Shown here in pieces: positions 26,037 to 32,000 of a stretch of DNA of 32,000 nucleotides. Under the pieces are notes generated by a model. It had not been told where the DNA came from, ran no database searches, and worked only from the letters and a program-made list of their open reading frames with translations. The stretch's first letter is position 1. Each line of letters opens with the position of its first letter. This DNA is from Sinorhizobium meliloti (lineage in GTDB: Bacteria; Pseudomonadota; Alphaproteobacteria; Rhizobiales; Rhizobiaceae). A program made the position numbers and the translations under genes. The stretch is taken from positions 3,750,001 to 3,782,000 of the forward strand of contig NZ_JAGIOS010000001.1 in assembly GCF_017876815.1 (NCBI RefSeq). Reading direction: 5' to 3'.

Positions 26037-27404
26037 TCAGGCAGCGGCAGCGACGACGCGGTTCCGTCCGCCGTTCTTCGCCTGATAGAGCGCCATGTCG
26101 GCCCGCTTCAGCAAAGCCTCGGCCGTATCGCCATGCGGCCTCAGGGTTGCAATGCCGAGCGACGCCGTTACGTTCAGGACCGTCGCGGCCTGCGGAATGT
26201 CGAAGCCACGGCTCTCGACCGCCAGTCGAAGCCTCTCCGCAACGATTGCAGCCATTTCGGGCGTCGTATCCGGCATGACGACCACGAACTCCTCCCCGCC
26301 GAAACGGCAGGCAAGATCCGCGCCGCGCACCGTGGCGCGAACACGGTTGGCAAATTCGCGCAGTACATCGTCACCGGCATCATGGCCGTGAGTGTCGTTC
26401 ACACGCTTGAAGCGATCGATATCCGTGATGCAGATCGACAGCGGACGCCCCCTTGTGGTCGCGCGATCGATCAGCAGCTTCAGGTGGTTTTCCAGATAAC
26501 GCCTGTTGTGGAGGCCGGTGAGATCATCGGTCACGGCCAATTCGATCGTCTGCTGGACACTTGCGCGCAGGCGATCGTTGCAATGCTTGCGCCGGATCTG
26601 CGTGAGGGAGCGGGCGACAAGTTCGTTCGGATCGACGGGTCGCATGATGTAGTCCGTCACGCCCAGTTCGAGTGCGCGGACGATTCTCTCATCGTTTCCT
26701 TGCTCGGTTACCAGCAGGATCGGAATGAAGCGGGTCCGCTCGAGCGAGCGCAATTGCGAACACAGACGCAAGGGATCGTAATCGTCGAAATTCGCGTTGA
26801 CGATGATCAGGTCGAAACTGCTTTCGGCGGCCTCGAACAGAGCGGCCTGCGGGTCCGATATGACGGCGACATCGGCGATCGGCTTCAGGGCACGGGTGAG
26901 CCGTTCCTGTGAAGAAGCGCGGCCATCGACCAGTAGCACGCTGCCGGGCTCGTCCGGCCGATCGACACGGGCCAGTTCCTGCAGCCCGATCGTTTGCGCC
27001 GTCTGGGCTCTGAGACGCAGCTCGTCGCTGACGTTCTTCAGGCGTACGAGGCTTTTCACGCGCGACATGAGCTGCAGATCGTTCACGGGCTTGGTCAGGA
27101 AGTCGTCGGCGCCGGCCTTCAGCCCGCGCACACGATCGGACGGCTGATCGAGCGCCGTTATCATCACGACCGGAATATGCGCGGTCCGGCTGTTCGCCTT
27201 CAGTCTTTCGCAGACCTCGAAACCGTCCATCCCCGGCATCATGATATCGAGCAGGACGAGATCCACCGGCGTCTTTTCGCATGTCGCCAATGCGGCGTGC
27301 CCGTCCCCGGCCGTAAGCACGTCGAAATATTCGGCCACGAGCCGCGCTTCCAGGAGCTTCACATTGGCTGGTACGTCATCAACGACGAGGATGCGCGCAG
27401 TCAT
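26037..27404 (-). CDS. pleD: Response regulator / diguanylate cyclase PleD (REC-REC-GGDEF)
   Basis: 455 aa. The first REC domain has LVLLDIMMPGMDG, followed by a second adaptor REC. The GGDEF domain has RFGGEEFVVVMPD and an RGAD (RxxD) I-site 5 residues upstream, as in Caulobacter PleD. Confidence 0.9.
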   Translation of the reverse strand: MTARILVVDDVPANVKLLEARLVAEYFDVLTAGDGHAALATCEKTPVDLVLLDIMMPGMDGFEVCERLKANSRTAHIPVVMITALDQPSDRVRGLKAGADDFLTKPVNDLQLMSRVKSLVRLKNVSDELRLRAQTAQTIGLQELARVDRPDEPGSVLLVDGRASSQERLTRALKPIADVAVISDPQAALFEAAESSFDLIIVNANFDDYDPLRLCSQLRSLERTRFIPILLVTEQGNDERIVRALELGVTDYIMRPVDPNELVARSLTQIRRKHCNDRLRASVQQTIELAVTDDLTGLHNRRYLENHLKLLIDRATTRGRPLSICITDIDRFKRVNDTHGHDAGDDVLREFANRVRATVRGADLACRFGGEEFVVVMPDTTPEMAAIVAERLRLAVESRGFDIPQAATVLNVTASLGIATLRPHGDTAEALLKRADMALYQAKNGGRNRVVAAAA

Positions 27405-27421
27405 ATCGATCTTTCCGGCAG

Positions 27422-27793
27422 TCAGGCATCGCCCAGATATGTTTTGATCGTCTCAATGAATTTTGGAACGGAAATCGGCTTGGAGACATAGGCCTCGCAT
27501 CCCCCTTGGCGGATGCGTTCCTCGTCGCCCTTCATGGCAAAAGCGGTTACGGCAATGACCGGAATCACGTGAAGCTCATCATCTTCCTTGAGCCATTTCG
27601 TGACCTCGAGGCCGGAGACCTCCGGCAACTGGATGTCCATCAGAATCAGGTCGGGACGATGCTTGCGCGCGAGTTCCAGGGCTTCCATGCCGTTGCGCGT
27701 CTGGATCGTCGCGTAGCCCGAAGCCTCAATCAGGTCGCGGAAGAGCTTCATATTCAGCTCGTTATCCTCAACAATCATTACCTGTTTGGGCAT
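27422..27793 (-). CDS. divK: Single-domain cell-cycle response regulator DivK
   Basis: 123 aa from ATG 27793 ([23 protein letters not shown]...[12 protein letters not shown]...SKP). It lies 17 nt upstream of pleD, the classic divK-pleD operon arrangement. Confidence 0.88.
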   Translation of the reverse strand: MPKQVMIVEDNELNMKLFRDLIEASGYATIQTRNGMEALELARKHRPDLILMDIQLPEVSGLEVTKWLKEDDELHVIPVIAVTAFAMKGDEERIRQGGCEAYVSKPISVPKFIETIKTYLGDA

Positions 27794-27949
27794 GTCGATC
27801 CCTTGCTGTCTGCCGCCGCCTTGCAAGTCTCCGGGAGAGATTTAAGTTGCAACAACGGCGACTCGACCCATTTCGTCGATCGCCAGGCTAGCGCGATTTG
27901 GTTGAAAAATAGGTAATTGCGGCCGCCAAACGAGAAGAGAGCGCATATC

Positions 27950-28219
27950 ATGAAGAACGCTGACGATACGGCGATCGCCATCCTCACCTGGCTCGCGAAC
28001 GAGCCTGAGCTGATGTCGCGCTTTCTGGCGCTTACCGGCACCGATCCCGCCTCCCTGCGCAGCGCCATCGGCGAGCCGGGCTTCATGGGCGGACTCGTTG
28101 CGTTCCTGATGGAGCACGAACCGACGCTGATGGCCTTCTGCAACGAAACGCAAACCTCGCCGGAAGAGGTCGTCCGGGCGCACCATGTCCTCTCCGGCCC
28201 ACGTGACTTCGAGGACTGA
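27950..28219 (+). CDS. DUF3572-like small protein
   Basis: About 89 aa from ATG 27950 (MKNADDTAIAILTWLANEPELMSRFLALTGTDPASLR...). It is divergent from divK. The family assignment is from memory. Confidence 0.6.
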   Translation: MKNADDTAIAILTWLANEPELMSRFLALTGTDPASLRSAIGEPGFMGGLVAFLMEHEPTLMAFCNETQTSPEEVVRAHHVLSGPRDFED

Positions 28220-28405
28220 ATGGTGCCGATACGCGATGTGCGCGGCGCGGTACACCGCCCGACGCCGAATGCGCCCTGACGACCAAACAGTGCCCCGAAG
28301 TCCGGCCGGCGATCGGCCCGCACCATCTCAAATTTAACAGCGATATCCAAAACAGCCTCCAGCCGCCGCCTTGAGACTCAGCAGCGTAGAGCGTAAAGTC
28401 GCCGC

Positions 28406-28420
28406 GTTCAACATTTGTTC
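28406..28420 (+). promoter_or_regulatory. Alphaproteobacterial LexA (SOS) box GTTC-N7-GTTC
   Basis: gttc-aacattt-gttc is an exact match to the direct-repeat SOS operator described for Rhodobacter, Rhizobium and Sinorhizobium SOS genes. It ends 5 nt before the dinB ATG. Confidence 0.6.
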
Positions 28421-28425
28421 CGGAT

Positions 28426-29718
28426 ATGATCGACAGCGCCGCCCCACCCTCCGGCTTCTGCCGTGATTGCCTCAAGGAGCAAGCCGCCCAATCACGGCGG
28501 TGCCTCGCCTGCGGCAGTCCGCGGCTCCTCCGGCACTCCGAACTCTACCGGTTGACCCTCGCGCATATCGACTGCGATGCCTTCTATGCCTCGGTCGAGA
28601 AGCGCGACAATCCGGAGCTCGCCGACAAGCCCGTGATCATCGGCGGCGGTAAGCGTGGCGTCGTCTCCACGGCCTGTTACATTGCCCGCATCCATGGCGT
28701 GCGCTCCGCCATGCCTATGTTCAAAGCCCTCGAAGCCTGCCCGCAGGCCGTGGTGATCAAGCCCGACATGGAGAAATATGTGCGCGTCGGGCGCGAGGTC
28801 AGAGCGATGATGCAGGAGCTGACGCCTCTCGTGCAGCCGCTGTCGATAGATGAGGCCTTTCTCGATCTGAGCGGCACCGAGCGGCTTCACCACGATCCGC
28901 CCGCCCGAACGCTTGCCCGCTTCGCCAAGCGTGTAGAGCAGGAAATCGGCATCACCGTTTCCGTCGGGCTTTCCTACTGCAAATTCCTGGCCAAGGTCGC
29001 CTCGGACCTTCAGAAGCCCCGCGGCTTTTCGGTCATCGGCCAGGCCGAAGCCGCCGACTTCCTGAAAGCCAAGCCCGTTACCCTCATCTGGGGCGTCGGC
29101 AAGGCCTTCGCCGCCACGCTCGAAAGGGACGGAATCCGCGCGATCGGGCAGCTCCAGACGATGGAAGAGGCGGACCTCATGCGCCGCTACGGCACGATGG
29201 GCCGGCGGCTCTACCGGCTTTCGCGCGGCCTGGACGAAAGGTCCGTGGAGATCGACGGAGAAGCGAAGAGCGTCTCCTCCGAGACGACCTTCAACGACGA
29301 CCTGGCGCGCCAGGAGGACCTCGTAGCGCATCTGAGGGGCCTCAGCGAACAAGTGGCATTCCGCTTGCGAAAATCCGCGCTGGCAGGGCAGACGGTGGTG
29401 CTGAAGCTCAAGACCGCGGACTTCAAGACCCGAACGCGCAACCGCCGGTTGGAAAGCCCGACCCGCCTGGCCGACCGCATCTTCCGCACCGGCCTGCAGC
29501 TGCTCGAGAAGGAGGTAGACGGGACGAAATACCGGCTGATCGGCATCGGCGTCAGTGATCTGGTCGATCCCGATCTCGCCGATCCGCCGGATCTTGTCGA
29601 TCCGCAGGCCTCCCGGCGTGCCGCCGCCGAGGACGCGATCAACAGGCTGCGCGACAAGTTCGGAAAGACAAGCGTCGAGACCGGCTACACATTCGGCAAG
29701 GGGCGGCGCGGACAATAG
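28426..29718 (+). CDS. dinB: DNA polymerase IV (Y-family) with N-terminal Cys4 extension
   Basis: 430 aa. Y-family motifs: [30 protein letters not shown] roughly 45-aa extension upstream of these carries CRDC-N10-CLAC. Confidence 0.9.
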   Translation: MIDSAAPPSGFCRDCLKEQAAQSRRCLACGSPRLLRHSELYRLTLAHIDCDAFYASVEKRDNPELADKPVIIGGGKRGVVSTACYIARIHGVRSAMPMFKALEACPQAVVIKPDMEKYVRVGREVRAMMQELTPLVQPLSIDEAFLDLSGTERLHHDPPARTLARFAKRVEQEIGITVSVGLSYCKFLAKVASDLQKPRGFSVIGQAEAADFLKAKPVTLIWGVGKAFAATLERDGIRAIGQLQTMEEADLMRRYGTMGRRLYRLSRGLDERSVEIDGEAKSVSSETTFNDDLARQEDLVAHLRGLSEQVAFRLRKSALAGQTVVLKLKTADFKTRTRNRRLESPTRLADRIFRTGLQLLEKEVDGTKYRLIGIGVSDLVDPDLADPPDLVDPQASRRAAAEDAINRLRDKFGKTSVETGYTFGKGRRGQ

Positions 29719-29845
29719 CCGTTACGGTTGCCCGACCGGACGGCTCCCGCATCGTATGGGGCAATTCCTTAAAGATTGAACGGTAGCCTGCTTCCACGGC
29801 TCCGTCGTCCGTCTTGCGGTGCCGCCACTGTCTGAACGAGGGTAG

Positions 29846-31075
29846 GTGTTGCGTTTCGCTCTCCGGATGGGATTCGCGGTTTTCGTCATGGCGTCGCCGT
29901 CCGCGCTTGCGGCCGGCGCCAAGACGCCGTTGCAGGTCGTCGTATCGAGGGATCAGCAGTCCCTCGTCGTCTATGACGGCGACACGGTGGTCGCCACGTC
30001 GAAAGTGTCCACAGGAAAGGCCGGGCACGCAACGCCGACGGGCATTTTCTCGATCCTGGAGAAGCGCCGACGTCACGAGTCGAACATCTATTCGAATGCG
30101 CCGATGCCGTTCATGCAGCGGCTTACCTGGTCCGGCATTGCGCTGCACGGCTCAAACCATGTACCGGATTATCCGGCTTCGCACGGTTGCGTGCGGCTGC
30201 CGGGCAAATTCGCGGCGAGCCTGTTCAAGATGACGGGCTACGGCATGCATGTGGTCATATCGGATCGGCAGATCGCCCCGGTCGAGGTCGCGAGCGAAAT
30301 GCTGTTCCAGCCAAGCGAGTCGCGACCGAAGGGACCTGCCCTGTCGGACGTCCCCCTGCGGCCGGCGATCGGGGAGTTCAACCAGAGCGCAGTTGAAGTC
30401 GCCATGACCGACAAACGCCCCTCGCCCGTCGCATCCGACGAGGAGAAGGTCCCGATACGCATTCTGATTACCCGGCGCGGTACGCAAGAGAGCGTGCGCG
30501 ACCTCCAGACGCTCCTTAATACGCTCGGCTACGATGCGGGCCTGCCGGATGGCTTCAGCGGTCCGGCGACGGCCGCCGCTATCGAAGCGTTCCAGAGGGC
30601 CGAAGGGCTGCCCGTCGAAGGCAAGATAACGCCGGAGTTGATCGAAGCCGTCTTCCGCAAGGCGGGCCACAGCGCACCGCTGAATGGCGTATTGCGGGTG
30701 CGCCGGCAATTCCAGCCGGTTTTCGAGGCCGAGGTCGCCATCGCAGAACCGGAAATGGCCCTCGGAACACATTTACTGCAGTTCCAGGATCTCGACACGA
30801 ACACCGGACAGGGCAAGTGGTTCGGCATGTCGCTCGAGAACAGGCTGCCGAAAACGACCAAGAAGCGACTTGGCATCACAGCGGAAGGCGAGCCAGACCG
30901 GCCCGGCGCACTGGAGCGAACGTTGAGCCGCATCACCGTACCCAAAGACGCTCGCGAACGCCTCGCCGGCCTCCTTGCAAACGGCTCGTCACTCTCGATC
31001 ACCGATACCGAATCGGGGCTGGAGACCGGCGAGGGAACGGATTTCATCACCGTGACGAGGGAGCGGCGCGGGTGA
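29846..31075 (+). CDS. L,D-transpeptidase (YkuD) with peptidoglycan-binding domain
   Basis: 409 aa with a GTG start (ATG 29867 is an alternative). It has a signal peptide (...ASPSALAAG), a YkuD domain with HGSN...SHGCVRL, and a PG_binding_1-like repeat (LQTLLNTLGYDAGLPDGFSGPATAAAIEAFQRAEGLPVEG). Confidence 0.85.
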   Translation: MLRFALRMGFAVFVMASPSALAAGAKTPLQVVVSRDQQSLVVYDGDTVVATSKVSTGKAGHATPTGIFSILEKRRRHESNIYSNAPMPFMQRLTWSGIALHGSNHVPDYPASHGCVRLPGKFAASLFKMTGYGMHVVISDRQIAPVEVASEMLFQPSESRPKGPALSDVPLRPAIGEFNQSAVEVAMTDKRPSPVASDEEKVPIRILITRRGTQESVRDLQTLLNTLGYDAGLPDGFSGPATAAAIEAFQRAEGLPVEGKITPELIEAVFRKAGHSAPLNGVLRVRRQFQPVFEAEVAIAEPEMALGTHLLQFQDLDTNTGQGKWFGMSLENRLPKTTKKRLGITAEGEPDRPGALERTLSRITVPKDARERLAGLLANGSSLSITDTESGLETGEGTDFITVTRERRG

Positions 31076-31126
31076 GGAATGGGGTGATTTCCGCACCCTG
31101 GTTTGCCCCTCATCCCCCTGCCGGGA

Positions 31127-31347
31127 CCTTCTCCCCGCAAGCGGGGCGAAGGGACAAGCGGCAAGCGCCCGCTTTCGACGGAGTGATTTAAGGGCTGTTG
31201 AGATTCGGGATACCCGCCGCGGCTTATTTGATCTCCTCATTCCTGTGCTCGTCACAGGAATCCAGCCAGCCCAAGTCCTTGGGCTGGAAGAACTCTTCCC
31301 CGCGCCGCAGACGCGACGCTGCTGCATCTCTGTGACAAGCACAGAGA
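31127..31347. repeat. Mosaic of intergenic stem-loop (REP/RIME-like) elements
   Basis: Five hairpins lie within about 220 bp: 31127-31152 (ccttctccccgc aa gcggggcgaagg), 31156-31174, 31239-31261 (attcctgtg/cacaggaat), 31266-31287 (ccagcccaag/cttgggctgg) and 31327-31347 (tctctgtg/cacagaga). Confidence 0.5.
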
Positions 31348-31354
31348 ACAGACC

Positions 31355-32000
31355 TTAAACCAGCTCGACGTCCACCACTCCGGGAGCGGAGCGAAGGGCG
31401 GCGGCGATCTCGGGTGAGATCCGGTATTTCTCGTTGAGCTCGACTTCGATCTCCCGCTGTCCGTTGTCCTTGATGACGATAAAGGAAACCAGGCCGTCCC
31501 CCTTGGCGTTCAGATGCGAGGCGATGGAGCGCAGCGGTCCGCAGTCGCGCACATAGACGCGCAAGGCCTTCTGCATCTGCAGCGATTCCTCCTCGAGCGA
31601 ACGCAGGGTTCGGATACGAAGGCCGATCCCTTCCGGCCGCTCTTCGGCGTCGACCGTCATCACCAGCGATTTGCCGGGCTCCAGAAGATCGCGATACTGG
31701 TTCAGCATTTCGGAGAAGAGCACGGCCTCGAACTGGCCCGAAGCGTCCGAGAAGGCGACGATCCCCATCTTGTTGCCGGTGCGCGTCTTGCGTTCCTGCT
31801 TCGACGTCACCGTACCGGCGAGGCGGCCCGCCGCCGCTCCCTTTTTCACGGCTGCCGAGAAATCCGCAAATGTCTGCACGCGCATCTTCGCGAGCAGATT
31901 ATTGTAGGTGTCGAGCGGATGGGCGGAGAGATAGAAGCCCAAGACCTGGAACTCGCGATGCAGCTTCTCCGAGGCGAGCCACGGCGTATAGGGCGGGAGC
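31355..32000 (-). CDS. dnaE: DNA polymerase III alpha subunit, C-terminal part (5' end outside the window)
   Basis: The frame stays open to the window edge (...LPPYTPWLASEKLHREFQVLGFYLSAHPLDTY...). It covers the OB-fold/C-terminal region (GRLAGTVTSKQERKTRTGNKMGIVAFSDASGQFEAVLFSE). Confidence 0.88.
   Translation of the reverse strand, partial: LPPYTPWLASEKLHREFQVLGFYLSAHPLDTYNNLLAKMRVQTFADFSAAVKKGAAAGRLAGTVTSKQERKTRTGNKMGIVAFSDASGQFEAVLFSEMLNQYRDLLEPGKSLVMTVDAEERPEGIGLRIRTLRSLEEESLQMQKALRVYVRDCGPLRSIASHLNAKGDGLVSFIVIKDNGQREIEVELNEKYRISPEIAAALRSAPGVVDVELV

Noticed and set aside
27842-27916. Possible CtrA boxes (TTAA-N7-TTAA) in the divK/DUF3572 spacer: ttaagttgcaacaac and ttgaaaaataggtaa
   Set aside because: Each has only one good half-site or a mismatch in both halves. 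That is not enough to call a CtrA site from sequence alone.
30529-31164. 211-aa minus-strand ORF beginning MPLVPSPRLRGEGPGRGMRG
   Set aside because: Its start is generated by the intergenic hairpin repeat, and the remainder is antisense to the L,D-transpeptidase gene. It is a repeat-derived artefact.
1-32000. Scan for CRISPR repeats, tRNA/rRNA genes, IS elements, integrases, phage or plasmid genes and compositional islands
   Set aside because: None found. The only AT-richer patches are short intergenic promoter-like regions (about 10700-10780, 25840-25925 and 27890-27930). Every large ORF has a housekeeping assignment.

Overview
This is a GC-rich chromosomal core region. Its gene content and order look like Rhizobiaceae (Sinorhizobium/Ensifer/Rhizobium type); that attribution is from memory, not from a search. 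Genes in order: aroQ-accB-accC-aat (+); DUF2155 protein and NDUFA12-like protein (-); GNAT acetyltransferase and gatB (-); a YjhX/TopAI-family toxin homologue (+); gatA and gatC (-); UPF0173 MBL-fold hydrolase (-); ruvX (+); two small membrane ORFs (-); AEC transporter (+); aidB-like acyl-CoA dehydrogenase (-); pyrB and a pyrC-like gene (+); plsY-dprA-topA-rnr (+); DUF983-NUDIX-MFS (+); rpmG (+); pleD and divK (-); DUF3572 (+); dinB (+); an L,D-transpeptidase (+); and the 3' end of dnaE (-, runs off the window). I found no transposase, integrase, phage gene, CRISPR array, tRNA, rRNA or recognisable defence island, so I do not think this window hides a large novel system. Six things deserve a second look. 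(1) An orphan TopAI-like toxin gene lies antisense between gatA and gatB, with a GNAT gene and topA nearby. (2) A perfect alphaproteobacterial SOS box (GTTC-N7-GTTC) abuts the dinB start, and DinB carries a Cx2C-N10-Cx2C N-terminal extension. (3) The pyrC-like gene coupled to pyrB has lost the HxH metal ligands, as in non-catalytic PyrC'. (4) The 486-bp rpmG-pleD spacer is structured and has terminators facing both ways. (5) An unlisted 51-codon membrane ORF is translationally coupled by an ATGA overlap. (6) A mosaic of stem-loop repeats lies upstream of the dnaE 3' end. All long ORFs antisense to these genes are GC-driven shadow ORFs.
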